A stretch of 64,000 bases of DNA. Origin: Octopus sinensis (Eukaryota). Shown here one piece after another: positions 1-13,012 of this stretch. The stretch covers positions 160,146,001-160,210,000 of the forward strand of contig NC_042998.1 in the NCBI RefSeq assembly GCF_006345805.1. The letters run 5' to 3'. Under the pieces are notes generated by a model, which was not told the DNA's origin, searched no databases, and was given only the letters and a program-made list of their open reading frames with translations. The number at the start of each line of letters is the position of its first letter. Within the stretch, counting starts at the first letter, position 1. A program made the translations under genes and the position numbers.

Positions 1-459
1 TTATATGCATTTGGTTGATTCATTTGCAGTACATATTCATCCAAGGTAGGCATTGCTATGCAGCTTTGTTCAAGGTTTTGTCCATGCAGTTTAATTGTTG
101 ACATAGATACATCATCCACATACATCCTAAACGTTCTGTTTTTATGAACAAAGACCGAGAAAATCGTTGAATTGGGATACGATAATCTAGTGTCTTCCAA
201 CAGCACAAAGACAGTCACTACACATACCAAAGAAATAGTCATCCACCCTAAATCTGAATAACATTCTCTCCTTATCTATGAACTACTCATTTAAATCCTC
301 AACATTACTACAAAGTTATATAACCCCTGACTTTTCACAATAACTTTACATTATCATGAAGACCAGAAAGTACTTCAATTTTGATCAGTTGACTTAAGTT
401 CTAGCTCACAGATATGAAGTTTCCTCTCCTCCTCCTCTGTATGAACATCACTTGAAACC

Positions 460-780
460 TCTGTTGGTTTGTTTACGTCCTCATTATTTAGCGATAGAAT
501 AGATACCAGGTTTTCAAAAATAAGTACTGGGACCCTTAATCCTTTTGTTGCCGTATTTCTGCCATCGTTTCTGTTTATTTGAATATAATGAAGAATTTAT
601 TAAAATAACTTTTTCATTACTAAACTGTTTTTGGAACATAAATTAACGTAAAATTCTGATAGGTTTTAATTTAGAATACTTCAAAACTGGAAGTTTGCTT
701 CAGAGAACGAGAGTTGGTCTCAAGCAGGCGGTGCTCCCAGCATGACCGCAATCTAATGAGTGGAACAAGATAAAAGATAA
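460..780 (+). mobile_element. SINE 3' half (family A) interrupted by a TTAA MITE
   Basis: tttacgtcc...aataagtactggg (~470-535) and gcggtgctcccagcatgaccgc...aacaagataaaag (~728-780) match the two parts of the SINE tail seen intact at 8120-8330. Confidence 0.6.
540..727. mobile_element. piggyBac-type MITE family B, right end lost
   Basis: Begins after TTAA (536-539); body similar to copies at 51356 and 51834 (aaataactt...ggaacataaattaac...ggtctc). Confidence 0.6.
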
Positions 781-794
781 TATTGGGATTACTA

Positions 795-1075
795 CTACTA
801 CAGACACCCTAGACTGCATGCAAAAGAAGGCCATTGGTTGACTGAAAAGAATTCACTCACCAGCTCATTACAATTATCGGCTTTCCGAGACATTTGTTGT
901 CTACCTCTTTTACAATTATTACATCGGCCTCTGTCCTTAATTTCGTATGTTGTGATTCTATTTTCATTAAATAATGTGCGAGTTCTCTCCCTTACAAAAC
1001 CGGCTTGAAAATCATCTCCGGCAAAATTCGCCAGATGCACTTCTCTTTTCTTCTCTCTTCTGCGTCTGTGCACTA
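795..1075 (+). pseudogene. Decayed 3' end of a Jockey/CR1-group LINE ORF2
   Basis: Frame-hopping translation TLDCMQKKAI..LT..LQLS...LFYNYYIGLC resembles the LDRIQKKAxRLI...LFYxYYxGxCS motif; same family as 10130-11190. Confidence 0.55.
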
Positions 1076-1364
1076 AATAGATTTTCCCTAATAATTACTC
1101 CCTACAACTCTACAAATCTTTCTTTCTTTTTTTTTTGGCAGAAATCGAACTTAAATTAAGCATTAACTGTACTGTGTTGTTTCTTATAAGTATCATGAAA
1201 GGAAACTCTAACAGCATGCAAACGTTTTATCAAATCATGAACTTATTGATGGATTTCAAGAAATAGCGACTTGAAATGAAATAAGTTTGTAGATGTTTAT
1301 GCTGCATAATTTTTGAAGGTTATAATGAAATTTCAAAGTCTGTTAACCTTGTATTCTGTAGACA

Positions 1365-1790
1365 CTGGGGTGGCTGTGTGTTAAGATGTTTGCTTCCCAA
1401 ACACATGGTTCTGGGCTTGGTCAAGTGTCTTGGACAAGTGTTTTTTGATAGAGCCCCAAGCTGGTCAAGGCCTTTGGATGGATTTAGTAGACAGAAACTG
1501 ATAGAAGCTGATCGTATGTATGCATGTATATGTGAGCGTGTGCATGTTTGTGTGTCCTTGTCTGGACATTATATGGTAGTTGTAAAATGATTGTCACTGT
1601 CATACAAGCAGTAACATTCATTTCCAATATTCTGTGAAAAGAAGTTTTCTACGGGGAAACATTAGCTTGCTTGGAAACAGGTAAGGGTTGGTCACAGGAA
1701 GGGCATCAGGCCATAGAAAAATTTGCCTCAGTAAGATTTGTCTGATCTATGCAAGCATGGAAAAGGGAACATTAAAAGGATGATGGTGAG
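1365..1790 (+). mobile_element. tRNA-derived SINE with RTE-type tail
   Basis: Head tggctgtgtg...ttcccaaacacatggttctggg; tail ggaagggcatc...gcaagcatggaaaag...gatgatg. Confidence 0.7.
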
Positions 1791-1870
1791 TTATGGAGAT
1801 TTTAACGATTCAGGCTGAGTCCTTCAGGGTTGAGATGAAAATGGTAGGGAAAGGAAAAACAGAGTTTTAC

Positions 1871-1902
<32 letters not shown>

Positions 1903-1909
<7 letters not shown>

Positions 1910-3420
1910 TTAGCCTAGATGAGATGCAGATTGGTTTTGTGCCAAGCAGAAGCACTACTGATGCTATATTTCTGGTAGGGTAACTGCAGGAGAAACATAT
2001 AGCTAAAGATAACCCTCTGTACTTGGGTTTTGTTGACTTGAAGAAAGCCTTTGACAGGGTCCCCTGATCCCTTATCTGGTGGTCAATATGGAAACTGGGG
2101 ATAAACAATTGGTTGGTAAGGTCTGTACAAGCCCTGTACAGGGATGCTGTCAGTAAGGTGAGGGTTGGCAATTAGTAGTGAAGAATTCCGGGTAGAAGTA
2201 GGGATTCACCAAGGATCAGTCCTCGACCCCCTCTTATTCATTATAGACCTCCAGGCAATAACAGAGGAATTCAAGATAGGCTGCCCTTGGGAGCTCCTCT
2301 ATGCTGATGACCTTGCTCTAATAGCCAAGTCACTACCAGAACTAGAGATGAAGTTCAGAGTGTGGAAGCAAGGTCTGGAATCGAACGGCCTTAGTGTTAG
2401 GGTGGTTGCTCTGAGCATGTAGCGGCTAGAATAAGAATAGCCTGGGCAAAGTTCAGGGAGCCCTTACCTCTGCTGGCAACTGATGGCCTCTCGCTCAGGT
2501 TGAAAGGTAGACTGTATGATGCATGTGTGTGAACTGCCATGCTACATGGCAGTGAAACATGGGCCATGTCTGCTGAGGACATGCGTAGGCTTGAAAGAAA
2601 TGAAGCTTGTATGATCCACTGGATGTGTAATGTCAGTGTGCATACATGACAGAGTGTAAGTGCCCTGAGAGAAAAGTTGGGTATAAAAAGCATCAAATAT
2701 GGTGTGCAAGAGAGATGACTGTGCTGGTATGGTTATGTATGGATGAGGACAGCTGTGTGAAGTGCTACTCCTTAACTGTAGAAGGAACTTGAGGAAGAAG
2801 TAGACCCAGGAAGACATGGGATGAAGTGGTGAAGCATGACCTTCAAATATTGGACCTCACAGAAGCAATGACAGGAGACCGAGACCTTTGGAGATATGCT
2901 GTGATTGAGAAGATGTGGCAACTAAAGTGAGATTGCAGCCATGGCTGATGCTATTGTTGCATGTCTGATCCATTTAAGAGTACCCTTGATGTGTCGGTTG
3001 ATATGATATGCCTGAGAAGACCTGTTGAGTCAAGTAAAACCAAAATCATTGCTGTGGCCAGTGTCCACTGACTGGCTCCCATTCCAGTGGCATGTAAAGT
3101 GCATCATCCAAATGTGGTCGATGCCAGTGTCCTCCAACTGTCTCCTGTGCCAGTAGCATGTAAAAAGCATCATCCAAACATGGCCGATGCCAGCACCCCT
3201 GATTGGCACCTGTGCCGGAGGCATGTAAAAAGCACTATCTGAATGTGATCGATGCCAGGCCCTCCTGGCTTGCTCCTGTGCTAGTGGCATGTAGAAAGCA
3301 CCCACTACACTCTCGGAGTGGTTGGCATTAGGAAGGGTATCCAGCTGTAGAAACATTGCCAGATCAGACTAGAGCCTGGTGCAGCTGCTGGCTCTCCAGA
3401 CCTCAGTCAAACCATCCATT
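1903..3420 (+). mobile_element. 5'-truncated decayed RTE-clade LINE (RT to 3' UTR)
   Basis: GIHQGSVLDPLLF and ELLYADDLALIA motifs; homologous to the 59.3-61.5 kb copy; multiple stops; 3' UTR gcatgtaaaaagcac repeats. Confidence 0.92.
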
Positions 3421-3546
3421 CTGTATAATATATTCAATGAAGAATTAACTCTTCAAAATTTAATATATTAAACCTGTGTATCTTGGATAAATTATCCCTA
3501 TAAGAGGTTTGAATATCCTCATTGAGACTGTGTATGTGTACATGTA

Positions 3547-4408
3547 CAGAGTGCGATGGATAAATTGTTGCCATTTTGGATTTTTTATTTCATGTATGCA
3601 CAATGTTTGCTTTTCATTTTGTCAACTGCACAGTATAGAAGGCTCACTTGGGCACCATCTGCGAGAAAAATAGCACCATGACACAACTCACTTTGCCAGA
3701 AATTTGCAAACAACATGATGTACTGCTTGGCATTCTCACTGGAAGCTCCAGTATGAACATTTCAGAGTGTTTGGGTGTCAATCTGAGGACATGTATTGAA
3801 AGTGATAAAAATCAAACATCCAGTCAACTTGATGGTGTTTTGAGTGATCACTAGTAATGGTAATGTTATGCCTCCATTCATCTTCCCACACGGCCTCAGA
3901 CTCAACCCACCGGCCTACATCAAGTGCCTAGAGGAAGTAGTGCTACCCTGGGTTAAGAGGGTGGTCAAGAGGAAGACCCTATGTCTGACAACAGAACTCT
4001 GCATTATGTCACACAAGCAGGTGAACACAGTCATAGCTGTGAGACAATTTCTGTGACCACATCACCCCTAACATTTGGTCACCTAACTCCCCAAACTGTA
4101 ACCCACTTGATTATTATGTGTGGGGTGCAGTTGAGTGAGAGATCAACAAAACTCCTTGTAACACCAAAGATGAACTGAAGGCAGCATTCACTAACTTAAA
4201 CAAGGAGACTGTCCAGAAGAGTTGCAGGAGATTCTGAAGTTGTCTGGAGGCCGTGAGTGAAGTCAATGGTGATTTTATTGAATAAATTTACTCTTTAGTA
4301 TTTCTAGATATTTTTATGTAATTTTGGTAAATATATCTGTTAAAATGAGGTATCAGTATTATTTCCATTTTTGTGTTATTTAGACGACAGTTTATTCACT
4401 GCACCCTG
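3547..4408 (+). mobile_element. Tc1/mariner maT-type (DD37D) transposon, internally deleted
   Basis: TA flanks (3545-46, 4409-10); imperfect TIR CAGAGTGCGATGGATAAA / CAGGGTGCAGTGAATAAA; translation QQ(N)SALCH...IWSPNSPNCNPLDYYVWG with 37 residues between the second and third catalytic positions. Confidence 0.88.
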
Positions 4409-4414
4409 TATATA

Positions 4415-4751
4415 CTGTATCTGATGGCCTATAAGACACACCTTTTTTACCCCAAAATTGCTTAAAAAATTCCCCTGTATCCAATGCATTCAATGTAGGC
4501 TCAAAACTCACCCTACGGTATATATGTTTACAAAACATGTGCTGCCATCTATTGGTGAACAATCGCGTACAGTATGTTTATAACGAATGTGGATGCAATA
4601 AATTGCTTATAATTACCGGTAATAACATAAAGTTATATAGGTAAGTGGAGGAATTAAAACATTATTTTAGTAGTAATTTATTTAATAAAAGTATAGCTTA
4701 GACTTGGGTGTGTTCTATGCACTCATGCACCTTATGGGCCATCAAATATGG
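4415..4751. mobile_element. Tc2/pogo-like MITE
   Basis: Ends CTGTATCTGATGGCCTATAAGAC and rc CCATATTTGATGGCCCATAAGG form an imperfect TIR of CCGTATTT..TATAAGAC type; left flank TA. Confidence 0.6.
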
Positions 4752-5563
4752 TGCGTGTGTGTATGCTGAATATCTATTGTTACTTTCATACGTATTGTTT
4801 TATGCTGTTTTACTGACCACCAACACGAAACCATATCTATGTTGTATTAGATGCCCCATGAACGTGTATTGAGCAATTCAGTGTTTTGTACAAATAAAAT
4901 TAACATCCATTTATACACTACACCACACACATTTAAAGAAATCAGAAATATAAAACGAATGTCTATTGAAACGGAAAAAATGACAATGCTGGAGCAGCCA
5001 AACATTCAAGGATAGACTCAGGAGGGAAGATCAGCAGTTATGAACACAATCATAGACCAACTTTCTACCATGAAGCAACAACAAAAATTATAGAAAATAA
5101 GTTAACGTGGTGCTCCTGCATGGCTGCAGTCCTATGACTGAAACCATTAAAAAATATAAGAAAATGTGTACATAAATCTATGTATGTATGTATATATACA
5201 TAAATATATCTCCGTGTGTATTAGCTAAAGCAGTGTATGCACACTATAGAATAGACGCAAGAATATTTTTGAGGTAATTAGCTTCATCTTTAGAGATGAC
5301 AATTATTTAAATATTTACATCCACACTATATTTCAATTGGTGCACACTCCAGTACCAGAACCTGCTACCATAATTTCTATTCTTAAGGGCAATAAGGTTT
5401 TTTTTTAATTCTGAACACAAATGTAATTGTTCACTCTCCTCAAAGCAAAGAATATAGTTGCAAGGATAAGGTCTGGATCCCAATTGATTCATAGTTTTAT
5501 CTTATGCTTACATTGTGACAATGTTCTAATGGATAAGACCATTATTACTCTAAGAGTAATAGT

Positions 5564-6900
5564 TCATTATCATCATCAGATGTCCATTGTCCATGCTGGC
5601 ATAGGTTGGATGTTTTGACCAGGGCTGGCAAGCTGGAAGGATGCACCTGACTCAAGTCTAATTTGGCATGGTTACTATTGCTTGAAGCCTTTCCTAATGC
5701 TAACCACTCTGAGAGTCTAATAGGTGCTTTTATGTGCCACCGGTGTGACACCAGTACCTGCCATGACTGTGATTTTACTTGGCTTGAGGGGTCTTCTCAA
5801 GCATGACATGCCAAAGGTCTTGGTCATATGTCATTGCCTCTGTGAGGCCGAACACTTGAAAAAAGCTTTTTCACATGCCACCAGAAATGGCCACTCTGTG
5901 AGGCCCAGTGCTCAAAAAGTGCTTTTTACGTGCCACTGGCTCAGGTGCCAGTTATGTGATACCAGCATCGGCCACGACTACAATTTCACTTGGCTTGATA
6001 GGTCTTCTCAAGCACAGTATATCACCAAAGGTCTTGGTCACTAGTCATTGCCTCTGTGAGGCCCTAAGTTCAAAGATCATGCTTCACCACCCTGTCCCAT
6101 GTCTTCCTGGGTCTACCTCTATCACAGGCTCTCTCCACAATTAGAGATCGGCACTTCTTTAGACAGCTGTCTTCGTCTATATGCATCACATGACCATACC
6201 ACTACAGTTGTCTCTCTTGCACACCACATCTGCTGTCTCTTATGTCAAGAGTCTTACACTCTCTTGAACATGTACCCTGACATTGCACATCCAGTGCAGC
6301 ATACTGGCTTCATTTCTTTCAAGCCTACACATGTTCTCAGCTGTCACAGCCCATGTTTGACTGTCATGTAGCATAACTATTTGCATACAGGCATCATACA
6401 ATCTGCCTTTCACTCTGAGGGAGAGGCCCTTTGTTGCCAGCAGAAACAGGAGCTCTCTGAACTTTGTCCAACCTATTCTTATTCTCACAGCTATACTCTC
6501 AGAGCATCACCTCTGCTACTAACTTGGTCACCTAGATAACGGAAGCTATCTACTACCTCTAGCTTACCCCACTAGCAGTTGATGGAGTCCATTTTCTGTA
6601 CATTCGGTGTTTATTGTACCTGTGCGTCCTACACAAAAAAGCTGTTTTCTCTGTTAACCTTCCTCTGATATTGTTGCACATCTGATATGTCCATAGCTAA
6701 CACCGGGTACATCTTATGGAGTTTCTACCTATGCCTTTTCTACAGATTGAGCAGGGCCATCTACCTGAAGGGATTTGTGATTTGTCTGCCTTCCTACTTA
6801 CTAAGATTTTGGTTTTTGTTAGGTTAACTGTAAGGCCCTTCCATTCTAGACCTTACTTCCATGCCTGAGACTTCTTCTCTAGTTCTGGTACCTAGTTCAT
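5564..6900 (-). mobile_element. 5'-truncated decayed RTE-clade LINE
   Basis: (CAT)n tail at ~5566; minus translation RIRIGWTKFRELL...GRLYDAC; retains the WPCSICRKGIGRNSIRCTRC segment at ~6690-6770. Confidence 0.9.
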
Positions 6901-7186
6901 ATTCATTTTGGTGTGATGTACACACCAAGGAATAAGATATCTGATCAGTATAATTAAAACATGGTTTAGGTGTAAATTTCCAAAACTGTTTCATGACTTA
7001 AAACTTATAGTCTATAAAATATATATATATATATGACTCTCTTTAGATCTATGTAGTTTCAGTGTATCTCCATGGGCAAGTATCTTCTACAATAGCTCCA
7101 GGCCAACCAATGCCTTGTGAGTGAATTTATAGATGGAAACTGTGGAAGCCTGAATATATATATATATATATATATATATAGATATA

Positions 7187-7497
7187 TAAAACAAAACAGG
7201 AAAGTGGAAAATTCTTGGTATTGTTTATTCTCCATTACATGTTTCATTTGCTAATAGGAATTACAAAGATTTACATGTTATATAGACATGTAAGGAATTT
7301 CTGATTAGAAATTCGTCAGACAGAAAAAAAGAATTAATAAATCGAAATTTTTTTTTCTCTGTTTGACAAATTTCTAATTGGAAATTCCTTACATGTCTAT
7401 CTAACATGTAAATTTTTGTAATTCTTATTAACAAATGAAACATGAGTAATAGAAAATAAATGATACAAAAAAGTTTCCACTTAACTGTTTTGTTTTA
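7187..7497. repeat. ~310-bp foldback palindrome (150-bp arms, ~10-nt loop)
   Basis: 7187-7335 is the reverse complement of 7346-7497 at roughly 85-90% identity by eye (e.g. ...tagacatgtaaggaatttc... vs ...gaaattccttacatgtcta...). Confidence 0.92.
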
Positions 7498-7878
7498 CAA
7501 TAACTTTGTAAATAATATTTCCATAATTTTCAATTTTAATATGTATTTTGACTAACTTGCAGCAGCAACTATGGGCACATATCAGATTGTAATAATAGAA
7601 AAAGTAGATGTGCTTCAAGAGGAAACAGCTAGGATTTACCCTAATTACCTATATGATGCACACACTTGTATATAGTTATGCCTGTATCTTTCTATCAGTG
7701 TTTGTCTCTCCACACTGCTTGACAACTGGTGTTGGCTTGTTTATGCCCTCATAGCTTAGTAGTTTGGAAAAAGAAACTGACAGAATAAGTACTGGGGCCA
7801 AATTGTTTGGCTAAAACCCTTCAAGGCAGTGCTCCAGCATGAAATAAATAAAAGGTTAAAAGATATTAAAATCGTGTA

Positions 7879-8330
7879 GAGGTGCAGGTGTGACTGTAGT
7901 AAGAAGCTTGCTTCTCAACCACATGGTTCCGGGTTCATTCCCACTGTGTGGCACCTTGGGCAAGTGTCTTCTATTATAGCCTCGGGCCAACCAAAGCCTT
8001 GTGAGTAGATTTGGCAGACAGAAACTGAAAGAAGCCCATCGTGTATATCATCATCATCATCGTTTAACGTCCGCTTTCCATGCTAGCATGGGTTGGACAT
8101 ATATATATATATTTATATTTATGTGTGTGTCTGTTTGTCCTCCCTGCCATCGCTTGACAACCGATGTTGGTGTGTTTACGTCCGCGAAAATTAGCGGTTC
8201 GGCAAAAAGGGATCAATTTTTAATAAGTACAAGGCTTACAAAGAAAAAGTCCTGGGGTTGATTTCTTCGACTAAAGACGGTGCTCCAGCATGGCCGCAGT
8301 CAAATGGCTGAAACAAGTAAAAGAATAAAT
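7879..8330 (+). mobile_element. Full tRNA-derived SINE (family A) with a short RTE tail inserted in its central microsatellite
   Basis: Box B-like ggttcattccc, CORE-like ccttgggcaagtg, tail gcggtgctccagcatggccgcagtc; insert catcatcatcgtttaacgtccgc at ~8047-8098. Confidence 0.85.
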
Positions 8331-8779
8331 AGTTTTAATGTGATAAGTGAACCTATGCAAAAATAAATAAATAAATAAATAAATAAATGTATAATTAATC
8401 ATGATTAGTGACATGTGAATTGTGGAACTGAAATATACTTAGAATTAATTTTAAGTAGTGGTGGTGGTGGTGATTAGAACTTCAGAAATAGAATCTATTA
8501 TAAAAGTTCTTATGAATAAAATTAATTCAGTTAATTAATATGTAACTCTTATGTTATTTATGACACAGTTTTTCTTTTTGTTGTTGTTGTCATGTCTCTA
8601 TTAGTCAGAAATTCTGATGATATAAACCGAAAATGTTTTTTTTTTTTGATAGTCCAATCTTGGTTAAATAAAATTCATAAATTGTACAATTATCTCCCTT
8701 ACATTTAGAATTCCAAAGTTGTCTCCCTTTAATTTGGCTTTTCTTGCCTAATTAATACAGTATGTATATTTATATAATA

Positions 8780-9175
8780 CTAGCAGTATCGCCCGGCGTT
8801 GCTCGGGTTTGTAAGGGAAATAACTATATAAGCATTTTTAGAGAGTTATAGCCAAAAAATATCAAAAAAATGCATTAAAAAGGAAAAAAAAATGATGGTA
8901 AATTTTTTTTAAATCGTTGACACATCGTAGACATTTTTAGAGAGTTACTTCCCTTATATAATAGCAAAAAAATGCATTAAAATGGAAAACATTATGGTAA
9001 ATTTTTTTTTAAATCGTAGACTCATCGTAGACCCGCGCTAATACCCAGAAGGGCTCGATATGAATCACGACTATAAGATACCCGGTTTTGGTTAAACTGC
9101 ACCGCAAAATGTGGGAGTAGTTAGGAATCTAAATCGTAGGAGACAGACACACAACTTCACTTTTATATATAAAGA
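8780..9175 (-). mobile_element. Non-autonomous Helitron
   Basis: Minus strand starts A|TC (9175) and ends CTAG|T (8780); subterminal hairpin CCCGGCGTTGCTCGGG at 8792-8807; no TSD; internal ~100-bp tandem duplication; CpG-rich. Confidence 0.9.
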
Positions 9176-9381
9176 TATTGACGTTTTTGTTACTGAATTC
9201 TCTCTCCTGATACTTATATTGTTTATAAGCTAAATGAGTAGTTCTTTAAGTTTTTCATTTTGAGGTTTTGGTGGTAAATAAAGAGGCCAAGATAGGTGAA
9301 CGAAATTAATGTAGCATATGTTTAGGTTAATGAGCAGTAAACAGCTGGAAAATAAAATCATTGTGTTCCAGTTATTGAATG

Positions 9382-9788
9382 CTCTTTTACTTCTTTCAGT
9401 CATTTGACTGTGGCCAAGCTGGAGCACCGCCTTTTAGTCGAGCAAATCGACCCCAGGATTTATTCTTTGTAGGCCCAGTACTTATGTTATCGGTCTGTTA
9501 GGCCGAACCGCTAAGTTACGGGGATATAAACACACCAGCATCGGTTGTCAAGCGATGTTGGGGGGACAAACATAGATGCACAAACACATACATATATATA
9601 CACATATATATGACGTGTTCCTTTCTGTTTCCATCTACCAAATCCACTCACAAGGCTTTGGTTGGCCTGAGGCTATAGTAGAAGACACTGCTTGGAACCA
9701 TGTGGTTGGTAAGGTGCCACGCAGTGGGAATGAACCCGGAACCATGTGGTTAGTAAGCAAGTTACTTACCACACAGCCACTCCTGCAC
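9382..9788 (-). mobile_element. Full SINE family A
   Basis: Minus-strand head ggtgcaggagtggctgtgtggtaag, box B GGTTCATTCCC, family A tail. Confidence 0.88.
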
Positions 9789-9898
9789 CTATGCTAGATA
9801 TGTTTTAAAATTTTAATCTTATTGGTTTGGCCCAAAGGAAGGAGCTGTGCCCCTGGTCTTTGCAAGCTCTCTGAGTTTAGTGAAAACAGTGCATTTAA

Positions 9899-10110
9899 CT
9901 CTTTTGACACCAACCCACCCCTGGTTCCACGATACAAACTTTCTGTTTTAAAGTAATCTAAATTAAAACCTTTTGTCAAAATTTCATGTTAATTTATGTT
10001 CCAAACCTTAGCTTAATAATGGCTGGGTTATTTTACTAAAGTCTTCATTAATTTTCAAAATTAGTTGAAACAAAGGCAGTGTATTTCAGCAGAAATATGA
10101 CAAGAAAGAG
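9899..10110. mobile_element. piggyBac-type MITE family B
   Basis: TTAA at 9895-98 and 10111-14; ends CTCTTTTG / rc CTCTTTCTTG; body is the reverse complement of the 51834 copy. Confidence 0.8.
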
Positions 10111-10129
10111 TTAATTGTTGAAGTTAACA

Positions 10130-11190
10130 GCTACAGAAAAATAAACAGAGATGGAGGGGATTCTATAGTGAGGAAGACCTGGCTGATGTGACTAGTGCAA
10201 AGTGGAGTGGATGATAATTTGGTTGACAATAGGAGGTGAATCTGATTGAAGGTGGCATGAGACCAACTAGTTCTGAGGAGCAGAGGCCACTGTAGTGACA
10301 GTAGAATAGGCAATAGCACATCCATGGGTGGGTGGCTGCAATAAGTTGGTGGCTAAATTTGTCATTTCAATCAGTCAAGTAGCCATTTTTTTTCTGGATG
10401 TGATATATCTGTATTTGTAGTAGCAGCACTGTCCTAGATAGTACTCCATTGTGGGTGTTAGGTGAACTTTGTAGGTTTGTAGATGATGAAGGTTGAAGAG
10501 GAAGGCCTGTCTGAATACTCTAAATTAAAAGGCTGTGATGAATGCATTAAATATGTGTCCATCATTCTATGTTTTTGTTATGCAAGCTGGTGGGGCTTGC
10601 ATGAGCACCCTAATTTTTTTCGCATTGCATGTACCGGGTGTCTTGGGCTCTCAGTGAAGAACATTTTAGGAGGAACCATACAGGCCAAAACAACTGGGAA
10701 GGGGACATGCTACCACAACACAGATGGAAATAAATATGAAGTGGGTGAACATATCAGGGAAGTATGTATCTAGGAGTAAAGATTAGATAGTATTTTAGTG
10801 TGGTAACTTGTGAAAATCAATAGCGGTGATAAAAAGTGGATGTAGATGGTACCTGTGCTATTGATAAAAGAGATCATCATGAACTTCCTGGTGAACTTAA
10901 TTTGCGTAGCCTCCTGTACCAGTGTTAAACAGACGCTCTGCCCCTACAAGTTAATCCATAAGCAGCTTGGAGGATTTCATCAGTTTTTGTAGTAAGTTTT
11001 CTCAGTTTAACACAAAGCTTTATTGTGTAGCAAGTTTCCAAATTGTTTTTGTGTCCCAACTGCATTTAGTGAAGAAGTCAGCTGTAATGAACAGTGTTTA
11101 GTAGGGCATGTTAAAAATGCTGCTACAGTTGTCTCCTTCAATCTGGAATAACAAAAGCTAGCAGCTCAGCTTATTAGATGTATAGTAATG
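10130..11190 (-). pseudogene. Highly decayed Jockey/CR1-group LINE ORF2 3' portion
   Basis: Minus translation fragments HKLP.., TYKVHLTPTMEY, HIQKK, YCHYSGLCSSELVGLMPP; many stops and frameshifts. Confidence 0.6.
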
Positions 11191-11247
11191 ATTAAAAAAA
11201 AAACACGATTTTTTCGTGGCCTTGTCAGTATTGCCTGATTGGCCCTC

Positions 11248-11429
11248 GTGCTGGTGGCTCTTAAAAGCACCCACTACACTCTTGGAGTGGTTGGCATTAG
11301 GAAGGGCTGTAGAAACTCTGCTAGATCAAGATTGGAACCTGGTGCAGCCATCTGGTTCACCAGTCCTCAGTCAAATCGTCCAACCCAAGCTAGCATGGAA
11401 AGCGGATGTTAAACGATGATGATGATGAC
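11248..11429 (+). mobile_element. Isolated RTE-type 3' tail
   Basis: aaaagcacccactacactc...gctagcatggaaagcggatgttaaacgatgatgatgatg. Confidence 0.85.
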
Positions 11430-13012
11430 AGTAATCTTAGATAACTATCACTGCCTTTTCTAAAAAAAGTTTCAAAATTTTTGGAATGTTCCCCATACCT
11501 TATAGAAGTAAGCTTATTACTTACTCTAATGAAGGAACCTCCATGTAGTTACTCAGCCTGACAGAAATAGCGACCAAATTGCCCACATATCTTGAAGGAA
11601 GGAAACATTGGATAATAATGTATGAATTATCCTGAAAAATATAGATGGGAGGATCATGCCTGGAACACCTTTGTTCTTAGACCTGCTCAACCAGATTTAG
11701 ACAATATACAGCTGGTATAAATTGGTATGCATGTCACCATTAATTTTTGAAAATATTTAAAGGTAATTTCTACTATACTTTTTCTTGGAGATCATTCAAA
11801 AAGGAACATTAGTGAAGTATGGGTGAATATTTTGGGAAATATGACAATTTGAATGGTCAGCAAATTGGGTGAAATGTTGCCTAGTTGGCCTAAATGAATA
11901 ATTAGCCATATCTTTGAAATTGAAGTGATAATTATTTTCAAATTAGGCAAGTTAATAGTGATTGTGGTATAGCAGTTGCCTATTTTTCTTCAGGTTCTTG
12001 GAAAGAAAACTTTTTTTTGGCAATTTTTAAAATATTGATGTAAAACCTATTTTGTTGCATGTTACAAACAGTCAATTTCATAGTGTTTTCAGACCTATCC
12101 AAATCCAAAAGTACAATCCACAGGGACTTGAGTGTTATTGCATTTGTAGTAGGTATAAAAGTAAATAAATCCTGAGATTTTGGGGCATGACACCATTTCA
12201 ATAAAATTTTAATTAATTATTAAAAATGGCTATAAATGGTGAGGTTTTGGATGAGGACACCCATGTAAGTTGGAGTCTCTGTTTTGATGGGAATTTTTTC
12301 CCTTTTTTGCAGCAGTCTTGGAAATGAGGTGGGTAAGCTTCTTATGAGAGAAAATTTTTGAAACTTTATGATTTTTTTCTTTACCCCTCCCCTCCAAACT
12401 GATTTTGGCCAATTTTTTTGCACTACACACTTAAAAATGACAGGAGAAGCCTTTTCAGTTTAAAAAAGAAACATTTTGAAAAAAATTTCAAATGAAAAGG
12501 TATATGATGATTTAATGGGATTTAGCTTTTGTTTTTTACACATCCCATGATCACATGACACTTTCTCAGAATTGCATGTAGACCTAGATTAAAAACAAAC
12601 AAAATATGAAAACTAATTCCTTGCTTTAAGCATTAAAAACATGAATTAAAGACAGGAAAATCATCTGTAAGTTACAGCAAACTTGTTTGTAGTAGAGAGA
12701 GAAAGAACAACCCAAAATAAATATGTAAACACCACTACAAATTATCCAACTATATTCAGAATTGGGAAAAAATATATCACATTTGACTTTAATCGTCTAC
12801 AAAATTATATTCATTGCACAATATAATTTTTATTTGTGAAATTTGACCAATATTTCTCAAAGAAAAATGAAATTTACATGTACAAGAATATCCACTACAT
12901 AAAATTTGGTCACACTTTGTTAAAACAACAAGAGGAAATGAGCAACATTCTCAATACAATGATACCATGCTAAGCTTGGGCTCTTTAGTACATTTTTTTG
13001 TGTGAAAATATG

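Noticed and set aside
11440-12460. Possible decayed DNA transposon with short inverted motifs (11467 vs ~12360)
   Set aside because: Similarity is too short and no termini or TSD were found.
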